Assembly: GCF_018350175.1 (NCBI RefSeq)
Contig: NC_058368.1
Location: 128,094,001 to 128,158,000 of the forward strand
Length of the DNA stretch: 64,000 bases
DNA from: Felis catus
Lineage: Eukaryota
Direction of reading: 5' to 3'
The first letter of the stretch is position 1; each line of letters starts with the position of its first letter. The position numbers and the translations under genes are program-made. Shown here one piece after another: positions 13,866-27,040 of this stretch. A model generated the notes under the pieces. It did not search any database and was not told the origin of the DNA. It saw only the letters and a list, made by a program, of their open reading frames with translations.

Positions 13866-14584
13866 ACTTTTTAGTGAAACAAAATAAAAGTAGAAAGGTT
13901 ATAAGTACATGAAGGGACTCTTTCTACTTCCTACTTCAGGAACAAAACCTACCATGTACCTACTATCTTGCTGCCAATCCTTCCCCCAAAAGACATGGCC
14001 AACACTTTGCTCTGGGCTATGAGCTTTCTTTGGGGGTCCAAGTTTATATTTAAGTTAATGACAAGAAAATGCTCCATTCACTAGTTTTGGTTCTTGATTC
14101 TTTCCTAAAATTTACTTTACAAAGTGAACACATCATGACCTCTTTCCTTCCAATCTTTTGAGTTTTGTTCAATTTTTTAACATATAGTTGAGATTATACT
14201 ATATGTAGTTTGGGGTATAATACCTTTATCATTTAAATAATTTTAAATATTTAAATTTCTTAAATAGTTGCATAAAATTATATATGTATATATGAATACT
14301 AGGTGCTGTCCAAATTTTTTATCATAAATAGTATTGTTGTGAGCTTTTTATTTTTTGAAAAAGTGACTGAATGTCAGACTTTTCCCTAGGGTAGATTACT
14401 AAAACAGGATAAATTTCTTAAAGTGCAGTTACTGGACCAAGGAAATAAATATGTACAAATGACAAACATATTACTAAGTTGTTTTCCAGAGTAATCCAAA
14501 TTTCCACTTAAATGAAAAAATCACTGAAGTATGTGTGAAATATAGTCATAGTCTCCTAACCTGTTTTCTTAACAACAACAATAA

Positions 14585-15116
14585 AAAAAGTTCTATCCTA
14601 TGACCCAGGAATTCCACTACTAGGTATTTATCCAAAGGATACAAAAATGCTGATTTAAAAGGGTACATGCACCCCAGTATTTACAGCAGCACTATCAACA
14701 GTTCTGAGCAATCAAAAAGAATGAAATCTCACCATCTGCAATAACGTGGACAGAACTAGAATGTACTATACTAATCCAAGTAAGTCAGTCAGAGAAAGAC
14801 AAATATCTTATGTCACTCCTATGTGGAATTTAAGAAACAAAGTAGATGAACATAGGGGAAGAGAAGGAAAAACAAGATAAAAACAGAGGGAGTCAAATTG
14901 TGAGAGACAAATATAGAGAACCAACTGAGGGTGCTAGAAGGGTGTTAGGTCAGGGGATGGGCTAAATGGAAGATGGGCATTAAAGAGGGCATTTGTTGGG
15001 ATAAGCACTGGGTATTATATGTAAGTAATGAATCACTAAACTCCAATCCTGAAACCATTATACTATATAACTAACTTGGATTTAAATAAAATGAAAAAAA
15101 AAACAAAAAATAAAAA
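14585..15116 (+). mobile_element. 5'-truncated carnivore L1 (ORF2 end, 3'UTR and poly-A), with an internal deletion near 14700
   Basis: cctatgacccaggaattccactactaggtatttatccaaaggatacaaaaatgctg...aataaa plus A-tail; colinear with 47110-47650 apart from a deletion of roughly 80 bp. Confidence 0.92.
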
Positions 15117-15489
15117 GTCATATTCAATGAGCAAAATACAGAGCTACTAGGTTCATTGAAAACTTCCAATGTAAGACTTCTGTTTTCTCTCCTCTCATTT
15201 TCTTCTAGGTTGTAAAATCTTACAAGGACAAAGAAGTAAAGAATACACATACAACATGCATGAGTTTATAACAGATTTTGAATGTGCCAGGATGAACTTT
15301 CCCATTTTCCTCAAGATCATGGTAATGATGAATCATCTTTTTCATTTGTCTTATTCCTGCTGCCCTTGTAAGTGAAACTGAGCTGGTATAACCTCCGTGG
15401 TGCTGAGTTACTCTGACAGAACCAAGTACATGAGAAGACATTGCTCCTACTCTTAACATTCTAAAGCAAGCTAAAGAAAATTACCTGTT

Positions 15490-15693
15490 GGGGCTTGGGT
15501 GGCTCAGTTGGTTAAGTGTCTGACTCTTGATTTCGGCTCAGGTCTTGATCTCATGGTTTTTGAGTTCCAACCCAGCTACAGTGACAGCTTGGGTCCTGCT
15601 TGGGATTCTCTCTCTCCCTCCCTGCCCCACCCCCACTCAAACACATGCCACCGCACACACACGTGCGCGCTGTCTTTCTCAAAATACAATAAA
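15490..15693 (+). mobile_element. Can-SINE
   Basis: Head gggcttgggtggctcagttggttaag (A box), CT tract, short A tail. Degenerate TSD aaagaaaattacctgtt / aaagaaaatgttatctgtt. Confidence 0.92.
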
Positions 15694-15827
15694 GAAAATG
15701 TTATCTGTTGACATTCAGAAGGCAATGCAATTGGCAGAAAGGAAAGCTACAGTTTTCTCTCTAAATTTACCCTGCAGAAAAAAAATATTCAGATGCTGTT
15801 CTCTAATATCATAAAGTATCATTATGT

Positions 15828-16012
15828 ATTTTTTTTTAATTTTTATTTACTTATTTTGAGACAGAGAGGGAGAGAGAAAGAATCCCAAGCAGGCTCTATG
15901 CTTTCAGCACAGAGCCCAGCGTGGGATTCAATCTCACAAACTGTGAGATCATTATGACCCGAGTGGAAATCAAGATTTGACAGCTTAACGGACTGAGCCA
16001 CCCAGGCGTCCC
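15828..16012 (-). mobile_element. Can-SINE
   Basis: T tail, GA tract, aatcccaagcaggctc body, ends cttaacggactgagccacccaggcgtccc. Confidence 0.94.
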
Positions 16013-16464
16013 ATACACTTCCTTTTGCAAAAATGTACAGAAAATATGTCCAATCTGTTTCCTATGGTTTTGCAAAATCTGGAGCAAACTGCCACCATAA
16101 TATTCATTACTGTGTCCAATCCAGTATGAAGTACACTTGACTCGTGCTGAGTGAGATATAAGCAACACTCATGGCTTAGGAACCAGAAGGTACATAACCT
16201 GGCCAGAGCTCTACCACTAATCTAACAGTTCTAGCCACTCCCAAAATCTCAGTCTCAGTCTTCACATCTATAAAAGGAAGAGTCAGGACTGAAAAGGACA
16301 CTCTTTTGGGTTATAACATCCCCTGGTTTGAATGAGTCCTAATAAAGCACTTTTTTAATGCTAATTAGGTTTATCTTCCATTGTTCTATACCCCAGTTTC
16401 CCTTATCAATAAAATTATGATAATAGTATTCCACCAACATCGGGAATGTAGTGATGTGCACTAT

Positions 16465-17010
16465 TTAATTAATTAATTCATCCCACAAACATGCCTTTCC
16501 TGGCATTGTTCTAATCCTGGGTTTGAAGCAATGAATGATTGCTCCCATGGAGTTTATATTCTGAATTGTAATCAAGTGAATAAACGGACGAAATGATTCC
16601 AGGAAAACAGGGTGATAGACAGTGAGAGGGTGAGGGCAAAGCGTGCTCCTTCCAGTTGAGTGGTCAGCAAAGGTCTCTGTGAGGATAGTTGAGCAGTGAA
16701 AGATGCCAAGAGCTGGTTTTTCCAAGGCAGCCAGGCAGAGGAAACAGGCAGGCTCAAAGGCCCCCAGCAGGAATGAACTTGACCAGTTCAAGAAACAGAG
16801 AAGGCAGTGTGGCTGGAAGTCAATGACCAGGAGTGCTTAAAAGATCTATTTAGTAGGAGCCAAATTATTCAGACATTTGCAGGAAATGATAAGGAGTTTT
16901 GTTTTTAACCTAAGAGCAAGAAGGTTTTAAGTGGGGGGGGGGGGGACGCCGTGGTCTGATTTATATCTTCAATGATCACCCTGGCTGCTGTATACAGAAT
17001 GGATTGGACA
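16465..17010 (-). mobile_element. L2 fragment
   Basis: Reverse-strand L2 motifs: ctcccatggagtttatattct, gtggtcagcaaaggtctctgtgagga, caaaggcccccagcaggaatgaacttg, gatcaccctggctgctgt. Confidence 0.85.
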
Positions 17011-18539
17011 TTTTACTTCCAGCAGTAGTGGAAAGGACTTCTCATCTCTCCCAGAATTACTGATAATACTTGTTTTGGTGAAAAGCAACCAAAAATGCTG
17101 GATAAAATACTTTAAATCCTTAAATGCAGACGAGATTTATAGAGAAAGAAAAACACTCAAATACTAAAATCAATGAAAAAGCACCCATGTAGAAAACAAA
17201 TGCACTCCTGAAGCCAGTCACTACCTGGTAGCATGGGCCCACCTGGATGAGCCAGAAGGAAAACCTGTTGCACAAGAGCCAAATGCACAAGAGTTTGGAG
17301 CTAAACTAACTCATCTTTGCAGTCCCACAACCCCAAGAGATGTGGGATACACAAAGCAGCCCCTCCTTCTCCTCATCTGCCCACAGTATGGACAGATAGT
17401 TATCAACCTTCACAAGTATGAAAGCTGCCTTTTAACATCAAAAATCTTCCTCAATTTGCATTTACACATGCACTTACGCACATGCTTGCACGCACACACA
17501 ATGAATTTTATTTTCACTTATTTAATTCATTGTTAACAGCCTAAGGAACTCATGCATTGACAGACCCCAGGGGATGTTTCTGTGCACACTGAATAGTTTA
17601 GCTGCCATACTGGTTAACAGGGGAACAGAGGAGGGAAGTCAAAAACCCATCAAGGTGCCAGACTACAGGGCTTAAATTCAACAATACTCAAGACTTCCAA
17701 AGAACTGTAATCCAGAACCCATGTTCCCTCCTCAGTTGTTTTCTAGTTATTTTGGAGTTATCAAATCAGAGCCGAAGAAATCAGTGACTGCCTTTCAAAT
17801 GAAGTGGGTAGGCCCCTGACTACTGCCCACATCCTTTGCTGAGGGGTATGCTCATATGCCCTGCAAAGCATCCAGGAAACTCCCCATGTTTGTTAGTTTG
17901 ACTTCTCTTAACAAAACCTCAGAAGTCTTGCCCCAGATGTCTCTTGGGCATCAGGGACAATAGGAAAAAACACAGATGTGGGACAAATTAGTTTCAGCTG
18001 TTTGCTCTTCTAGCAAACTTTTTCCAGTGTGCAAATGAGACCTAGACAGCAAAACTACAACAATTTTTATCATTCCTTCCTCCTTTTCCAATGTTTCTCC
18101 CTCCAACTACCACACACAAAGAAGCAAAGCCAGGCAGAATATTAGGAAATGTATAGGAGCTTCCTGCAAAGTAGTATTAAATGAAATATATCCTTTGAGC
18201 CAGCAAATATGCTTCTGGAATTCCAATTTTTAAAAATATGAAATATGGAAATGGTTTGTACACAAAAGTATTCCACATAGCATTAGTCTCAGTGGTAAAG
18301 AAAATTTGAAACAGCCTTAGTAACCTATGACACATTCCTTGATGGATCTGTATTTATATATACATTAGAAATGAAAATTCTCACAAAATAATGTTAAGTT
18401 CAATTGCTCAAAATTCAATTTCCCATACAACAATCTTCATGGAACTCTATGGTATTTGTTCTTTTTTTCTCCAGCTTGCCTCTATTTGGGAAAAAAGAAG
18501 AAAAAGCTTTAAGTAACTTGTATTACTTTTGTGAGTGAA

Positions 18540-18667
18540 TATATGTTTAAAGACAAATATATATACCTAATATACATATGTATATATTATATATATACCT
18601 AATATCCCTAATACATATATGTGTATATATATACATAACACAAATATGTGTGTATATATATGTGTGT

Positions 18668-18699
<32 letters not shown>
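18540..18699. repeat. Compound (TA)n/(TG)n/(CA)n microsatellite
   Basis: Alternating purine-pyrimidine tract, directly visible, ending in about 14 CA units. Confidence 0.95.
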
Positions 18700-18700
<1 letters not shown>

Positions 18701-21039
18701 ATAAAAAATGTAGAACTTAAAAAATGTAGATCTTCCTTCACTGCCCTAACATTAGATATGGAATGAAATACCATATATTCATATCTCTAAAACTAGAATT
18801 TGTAATTCCATTTTGCTGAGGTTCAAATTTAGACCATTAGAAAAAGTACTCCAAGTGTTCTTAATTACAATGTGCATATAAAAGTCTATCTTCAAAGAAA
18901 GTTTCCTCAACTATATGGAAATTAATAAACTAAAATCTAATGCTACAAAGTAACTTTAGAATCAAATAGGTAAGCTAGGGTATAACATGAAGAACAAGAG
19001 GGAAAAGCTGAATTCATTAGGATACAGACATGATAAACACTGGTGGTAACAACAAGTACAAAGTAAATCACTCTGTTTCTTATATACAGGTTGTAGCCCA
19101 ATGTACTAATATTTTCAGCCATGGAATACACCTGATTTCAAATACTAGAAAAATTGAGCATAAACTGAGGGAATCCCTGTATAAATGATTTTCTGTAAAT
19201 TAAAAATATCTAAGAAAAATTAAAAGTCAAAGAAGTGAAATGAAACTAATGTAGTTTGTCACTTTTGCTCATTAACATGTTGACGTTTACCCAATTATGA
19301 CTGATAAATTACAGACCTCACATCTGAAGAAAATCAAATAGAGATTGCAATGTTTCTCAAGGTAGCAAACAGGTTTTATTTTCCTTTTTCCCTATTTGTA
19401 GCATGTAGCAGAAAGGCACATTTAGAGACCAGAATCATGCCGTTTTAAACTGTTGACATTTACTAAGGCAGGACAAAAAGATTTCATTTCAAGCCAAAGT
19501 CCAAGGAGGCAAATACCAACCGAGTGACTTTTGGACTGGAAGAAGGGAAAAGAGCTCCTTCTGAAATGTATAAACATGGTCCCTAAATAAAAGTTTCAAA
19601 TGATGAAAATAATGTTTCCTTAAACCATTCAGTCCAATAAAGCTTGAAGGACCCTGATGTCCATTTATAAGTAAGTATCTGAATCCTACAGCTTTTTAGG
19701 GGTTCTTTCATCTTTTGCACATTCAAGTGGTTTTCAAGTAAATTTTTAAGGTTGCAAAAAAAAATTTTTTTAAGGGTGCAGTACAGTATTGCATTGGGTC
19801 AAGGGTGGCTTGGGAAAGAGTTGTGTCTATCACTTTAAAAAAAAAATTAATGTCCAGTACAAACACTCAGATAACAATGTCAATGAACATACTGCCAATA
19901 GTTGGAATATAGGCTTAGCCTGTGAGCCATTAGAATAACTCTCCTAAGTAGGTGATTCCTGGAGATTGTAGGGAAGGTTTTGAAACAGCACAAACTGCTC
20001 TGGCCAATTATCACTTCAAAACACCATGGGAGTTTAGTCACAGTCTTGAAATACCAGATACCTAGGGGTGCAAATTCATGATGAACCATGGGTTTCTCAT
20101 ACAGGACGAGCCACAGGCCTTATCAGGTGCTTTCCTGGTAAGCCCCAGTTTTCAATGACACCCTTTCTTTCCTCTCCAGGCCAAGATTTCTCTACTCATG
20201 CTTCCTACTCAGCAACTGAGGCAGGCCAGCAACCACCCTCTTCCCAGGTTTTAGCTTCCTTGGGCCATCCTGACAAGGGGTACAAGCATGGATACCCAGC
20301 AGGCTGCACTAGTAAGTGAAAACCAGGCTAGACATAAGGTATCATAAATGTGTGGATGGCTGGGAGCCAGTATATGCAGCCCCACCTAATGGGGATAGTC
20401 ACTGCTCAGCCTCAGGAAGTTGTTGATACGCAGGAATGCAGCATAGTTATTGCAGGATGGTCTAATTTTTCAAAAATTTATCAAGTAAACTTATTTTCAA
20501 ATGTTGGCCTATTAAACTCTTTGGGACAAACCATCATAATTTAGGCTTTTATAGCAGTCAAAGGGACTTTATTCAGATTCGGGATTCTATGGCACTAAAA
20601 ATATATTAATACACTTCCCCGTAACTGTAAGCCCCAAAAGATCCCTATCCAAAAAGGAAAAGATATTCCTACTCTGTTTCCTCTTCCTAGAACCCTTTCA
20701 GAGCTTCAGCATCTGCAGGCATTTATATGAGGGCATTAATCAGACAAGGGTCACAGGCTATGGGCCAAAGAATTCCCACTTATACCTACTATTGTTTCAA
20801 CTGATTAAAATCTACACCAGACAGGTAAAAGGGTCTCAAGCACCATTTCTAATCTCACACAGCCATGTACATGCTCAGCCATTCTTGGCAGTATGCTCTG
20901 GAACCACCCCAGCTTCCTGGATCACCCAGAAGTAAAAGAAACCCCATTGGCAACGTAGAAAAAAGGGCCTCTGCACAAAGCCAGAAGTCCACAATTAACA
21001 GCACAGTCTCTAGGCTCTATCTGGCTCAGCCTTTCTAAC

Positions 21040-21505
21040 AGAGATCATTAGATGCACATCAAATACCCACCTTCTCCTTCTTCCTTCCTTCCTGACAAAA
21101 CCCCAATTGTAACTAGACTGATTGCTGCCTAACAAAGACTAAATTTCGCAGTCCCTCTTGTAGCTAAGTAAATTCTGGCCAATGAGATGTGAGAGGAAGT
21201 ACTATATGGGCCTCCAGGGAGGAATGACCTTCTACGTTCCTACGAGCTTGAATGTCCAAGTGATATCCACAACCCCAACAGCAACCTTGGATTGTGACTT
21301 GAGCCTAAGCCATGTGTTTAGAATACAGGTAACGGAAATAGAAGGAAATAGGTCCATAAATAATCTAGAATTGCCATGCCAGGTCCATACTCCCTATACT
21401 TCCAGACTTATTTTGACATGAGATCTCAAACTTTTGTGTATTTAAACCACTATGTAGAAAGGAGTCAGTCTTCTTCATATCTGAGTCTAATTATTAAGCA
21501 GTATA
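21040..21505 (+). mobile_element. MaLR solo LTR (MLT1I/J-like)
   Basis: ccctcttgtagctaag...ttctggccaatgagatgtgagaggaagt...cagcaaccttgga...cttccagactt...tttaaaccactat, typical MLT1 motifs. Confidence 0.75.
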
Positions 21506-22334
21506 ATCTCTTCCCTTCCCTGGGCCACTTCTGCTCCACTCAATCTCTTTAACTCTTTTAAATTCTCATTCTGTTATGAATTAAATTCTCCCATATGCTC
21601 AATATTTTTCTATCCCTCCTCTACATGCCACCTCCCCTGATGATAAAAATTCTCTCCTAGGGCAAGGCAGCGAACTCCCTCTTTTGCCTGTGTATACAGC
21701 TTAGCAAGGCTCATAATTACTTAACAGAATGCATTTCTGCTCCTTATCTGCAGACCAAAGGAAGATACCATCCCTTGGGTATGAAAGGGTCTTTATCTAC
21801 TCAAAGACAGGCAGCATGAGTAGGCAAGGCTTAAGAGTCACGGCTGATGTCATGAAAGAGAATAAAACCAATGGCCATCTAGCAACAGGACCCACTGCCT
21901 TGGCCTCTAATTAGCACCATGCCTTAATGCACAGAAATAAGAAGTCATTGATATCTGTGGTAATATTGGTATTTTCAGTCTCTAGTTTGAATGACAGGAA
22001 CCTGGAGGCAAAACAATTTCTGTGGAGATTCTGTACTTTTATGTGCTCCTGCTTTGCTAGCTCAAACCATTCGATTTTGTTGGGATTCAAAGTATACAGT
22101 TCAAGGGACATTTTATAAGTCAAGTTAATGGGCCCGGGGAAATCACCAACTCATTGATTGGAAGGAAAATATAAGGTATGTGTAAACATTTTGCAGTGGC
22201 TTGAAAAAAGTTCCAGTTCTATTTGTGATTATTTCTAATGGTACTTTCACAATTTTCCATGAAATAATACAATGGCCAATGAGGTGAACTTGGAAAAATT
22301 TGAAGGAAGTATAGGGCCCCAAATCTGTCATGAT

Positions 22335-22935
22335 AAAGATAAGAGAATCTACCCTAACTATCTTAAGAAGAAAAACATTTTATGTAGATAATTAAATGGC
22401 TTATAGGATCCCTGGAGATGGCAGAAGAAATATACCTAAACTGAGTCTTTAGAAATTATTTCCAAACCACACCACAGAACTGGGCCACCATAAGAACCAC
22501 TACCTCTTCTGTGATCAGCTGCCTGATACCTTAGGACATAGCCAGTTCCATAATTACTGTACTCACGGCAAGTAGAATGCAAGCAATAACAGAAAGGCAG
22601 CTAGATGATAAAGTCGTTATAATCAGGAGCCAATCAGGAAACTGCCCACACAGCTGCTAATGCAGTCTATTTCTAAATCATACAGTGCCTGCTATGTTCT
22701 TCACCACCACAACTGACATGCCACACTCTTCCTCTCAACAGCCATGCAGCAACTGACTGCGCCCAGGGACTTGTGCCAATGGTGATTACTATTCCCAGTG
22801 ACATCCCCATGACCATTTACTGCTTTATCTCCAAGGAAGTCTGGGAATTTGTTCTGTAACTTTCCAGCTTTTGCCAGACCAAAGGTTACACTAGGAGGAG
22901 CTTAGAATGGATGGTGAGAGACGATCCACCTTATC
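22335..22935. mobile_element. Possible old MaLR/ERVL LTR fragment
   Basis: ataagagaatctaccctaactatcttaagaagaaaaa... and caaggaagtctgggaatt...ttccagctt resemble MLT1-type LTR ends. Weak match. Confidence 0.35.
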
Positions 22936-24664
22936 TACCATAGAATAAGTTCACTTTTAATATGTCACATCACTATGTATTAAATAGCCTATATGTATAC
23001 AATACCATACATAACCCAGGAAGTCAATAGCATTTGCTGAGAATGACGTCAGAGTCTTGACTGTTCATTGATGAGGGGACATATTATCTATATTATTCCA
23101 ATTTTTATAACATCATTTACTAGATCACAGATAAGCAGCTGCTGCATGAAAGTTTATGAGCAAGCATGATGATCATGTAAGTGTTCTGGAAAGTTCTATA
23201 AAAATATCTATTTTTATATAGATAGACCCCAAGAAGTTTAATATCCAATAAGAGGATACAGAAATATCTAAGAATGAAGTAACAAATATAAAAAATGTCG
23301 TAAACCAAACCCTGAAATTTTGTTATAATTACTTCAAAGTTAAAGAGTTCAGGAAAAAAATGGGGAAACCAGGTCATTTTGAATCAGCAACCCCATTTGA
23401 CTATTAAGAAATGCCGTTTAAGTAGCATTGACTACTTTTCTTCCAAGGTAGGAAACACAGAAGCAGTGCAAAGTGAACAAAAGTTCATGCAGGGATCAAA
23501 GTGTATTTACCAAAAACACCAAGGCACACTATTAAATACTGTGAATTGGTTTTCAGACCAATGCTGAGATGTCTCTGAAAATAATGGTCCAGGGCATTCA
23601 TTTCATTCTGTTGGACACAGAAATGAATATGCCTGGTACAAAATCTGTCCTTTTATAATCACTGGGGAAAACAACAGTTTGGCCATGGATTAGGCTGTCC
23701 AATGGGCAGATCCACTCTCTTATGCAACCACTTTTGCAATAAATCACGCAGAGAAGGCAGTACTGGTGGTAAGGGCTACACACTGTGATTACTATTCCCA
23801 CAGCAAAACCTTATTAATACAGCTGAGTTATGAATTATGGAAATGCCATGTGACATGGCAGGCGTAACTCATGCCTTTTGTTTTTATTTGTTATTATTAT
23901 TTTTGTTTCTATATTTACCACTACTGAAAAATACAAGAACACGGAATGTCAATGCCACAACTGTACTGTGAAAATACTATAAAAACATAAAAACAGACTC
24001 CGGAGACAAGTGAGGAGACCAAACCCAAGGAAGGCCATTGTGAGCCTCCTTGCACCATTCGAGGGTGTCCCACTGCACATTAGACTGGTAACAAGGCTTT
24101 CAAGAACAAATCTTTACATTACCAGCAAGGATATGTGGATGACAACTGGACTAGCTGGATCACAGTCCACTGCCCCCAGAGCCTCCTGGCAGAGGGCCAC
24201 ATGCCCTTAGAAGTCAAAGCACTAGTACCCTGAGCTGCCTGAGCCAGAGCAGGGATAGAAAAATTGTCCCAGACTAGGCAACACCTTTTCATCTACTCCT
24301 TGCATTCATCCCTACCCTGAGCCCGGTTCTCAATTCAGATGAATTTAAAAAATAAAGTCTGTCTTCCCATCGCCACCACCTCCAATTCATATATACAGAG
24401 AGACATCTCAGGAAGAGTTCCTTGGAGTGCCTCCACGATAGTGAAGAAGACCCAAGGGGCCCATCATTAACTTGTCAAGGGACCCAGAGCCACACGCCAG
24501 TGTCACAGATCTAGAGCTACCCTTTGTCAACCCCCAGGATCTTGATCAGTACATTCCCATTAATACGAACAGTGTTCTAACAACAGAGTACTTATGTTCT
24601 CTCTGGCTGTGCTTACTGAACAGACCAAATAATTACCCTGAACATTCTATTATCAAGATGAACA

Positions 24665-24878
24665 GGGGCGCCTGGATGGCTCAGTCAATATGTGTCCAAC
24701 TTCAGAGTCTGTTCATGATTTTCGAGCCTCGCATCAGGCTCTGTGCTGACAGCTCAGAGTGTGGAGCCTGCTTTGCATTCTGTGTCTCCCTGTCTCTCTC
24801 TCTCTCTGCACCTCCCCTGCTCATGCTCTGTCTCTTTCTCTCAAAAATAAATGAAACATTAAAACATGTTTTTTTAAA
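24665..24878 (+). mobile_element. Can-SINE
   Basis: ggggcgcctggatggctcagtc head, ttcgagcc B-box region, CT tract, caaaaataaa tail; tgaaca on both flanks. Confidence 0.94.
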
Positions 24879-24989
24879 TTGAACATTTACCATTGTCCCT
24901 AACAAAGATTGTCGGTGCAATTCTTCAAATGCTATTTCTATGTATTCCTTCCACATTTATACAAATTGCCTTCAGCTACAGTACTCATT

Positions 24990-25017
24990 TTTTAATTTTT
25001 TTAAATATTTATTTATT

Positions 25018-25085
<68 letters not shown>

Positions 25086-25242
25086 AGCATGAGTAGGGGA
25101 GGGGCAGAGAGAGAGGGAGACAGAGAATCCAAAGCAGGCTCCACACTCCGAGGTGTCAGCACAGAGCCTGACACGGGGCTCAGCAAGATCATGACCTGAG
25201 TTGAAGTCAGAGGCTTAACTGACTGAGCCACCCAGGTGCCCC
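24990..25242 (-). mobile_element. Can-SINE with expanded (GA)31 tract at 25021-25082
   Basis: Ends gactgagccacccaggtgcccc. TSD ctacagtactcatttt / ctacagtacttaatttt. Confidence 0.95.
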
Positions 25243-26834
25243 TACAGTACTTAATTTTATATAAATTTGAGAATTCAAAGAGTGATATTACTATCTACAT
25301 ATTCATGTATGAACAATAAGTTTCCTGAACATTTTCTTTTACTCTGGATATCCCATTATCTACCAATGAGCCGAAAGTATCCTCTCGAAGCCACTTTCCA
25401 TGGCTTTTAACTTGTACCTTCCCTTTGAGAAATTCTCTAGTTTTTCCTCTTCTTTTTTTCCACTTTCATCTCTCATCACTTAACTATAGGAATATTATTG
25501 AACAAGTGAGTGAATAATTATGAATGACTGAATAAATGGTATTGATTGATACTGTTGGCACATCACACTAAATTTATTTGATATAGTATCACTAGACTTG
25601 TCTGATTAATCCATGTGTACATCACCAGGGACTCCAGGGCTTAGAAAGACCAGAAACAATGCAACTGGCAAGCTGGTGTGTGACGTCCAGTCATGCTAGC
25701 AGCACCTGTGCAAGCTCTGTGTCACTGCTCTTCATCTGGCACAAAGCTATGGAACTGGACGTTCACGCCCATCAACACTGCTACAAGTGCCAATATCAGA
25801 AATTCACCGGTCAGGTTGTTACCGGTCAGAAAAGAAAAAAAAGATGAGCTTGATTTAAGACACACACACACACACCAAGGAGAGTTAGAGGAAAGAGTTT
25901 CAGTTCCAGGGGAAAATAGGCAGAGAGGGCAAGCACAGGGTACCAGAGATAGCTGTGCTTCAGCGATACAAAAAAAGAGTTGAATAACTGAAATCAAAGA
26001 AAGGGGTGGTGTCCCATTGGTAAATGGGTCCCAAGAATTTACTTTCCTCGTGCCCCTGCCCCACAGAACCACAGTTTACAGCAGCAGACTTTTCCCATAT
26101 GCTTTTGCTACCAAATAAGGTTTTAACTCCATTACACTTACAAATGCAGAATTAAGCCGTGCGGTGAATTCATTTTTAAACTACCTGGCTTGAGTTGTCT
26201 TTGTAAAAACAACAACAACAACAAAAAACCAAACAATTAACCATTACTCTTTCGACACCTATAATGAATAACCCATGCCATGCCTTATTTACCGTATATG
26301 CTAATCTTTATATTCAACTCTATTAGCTGCAATTGTAATTCATTAAAAAATGTTATCATCCTGGGAGTAAAGCTGGAGTCTTACTTTTTTGGCCAAAGCA
26401 ATTACATGTCAAAAAATAAAATTTTATGTGCCTTTTCACTTGAAATTTTTACCACGGTCCTATATTTCGACTATTGCTACCTCTCAGGAGAGTTGAGATG
26501 AGATCAAAAACACTTGAAAAAATGTTTTGATGACATCAAAAACATTTGGAAAAAAAGTCAAAGACCAAGAACTGAGAGCTGTGGATAATATTTTTCACCT
26601 CACATAGGAAGCAGGATTAATGGCATACATGGAAATATTTTTTGCAACATCGTTGGTAGTAACATCAATAGTGATGTTCTATTTAACAGTAACAACGTAA
26701 CTAAGAACAACTGTTTATTTTTCTTCAGCTTATGATCCTGGGACATCTTCAGGACTGAACCTAAGTAGCCAGTCACACACATTCCATATCTCCCTTGACC
26801 GTGTATATGCAGTCTTCACAACCCTGCCATTATT

Positions 26835-27040
26835 GACAGCAGTGTGCTAAGCAATAAATATGTATTAATTCTTTTAATTTTCACAGTTACTCTGTGAAAT
26901 CCTATTTTTATTACTCTCTCCATTTTACAGATCAAAAAAACTGGGGCACTGAGAACTGAGTAATTTCCTGGTTGGCAAATGGGACAAGGATGTGAACCCA
27001 GGCAGTCTGCCAATAGAGACTGCACTTTTTACCATGCTGC
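26835..27040 (-). mobile_element. MIR
   Basis: ccattttacagatcaaaaaaactggggcactgagaa...gatgtgaacccaggcagtctg is the MIR core and head on the reverse strand. Confidence 0.85.

Noticed and set aside
18943..19140. 62-aa minus-strand ORF beginning just after a possible acceptor
   Set aside because: Poor pyrimidine tract, no convincing donor and an unrecognisable peptide.
24472..25231. ORFs with ER or SL dipeptide repeats
   Set aside because: Translations of SINE CT/GA microsatellites.
25640..25830. GC-richer segment with repeated accggtcag and several overlapping ORFs
   Set aside because: No consistent splice sites or recognisable protein; a 9-bp repeat is within chance.
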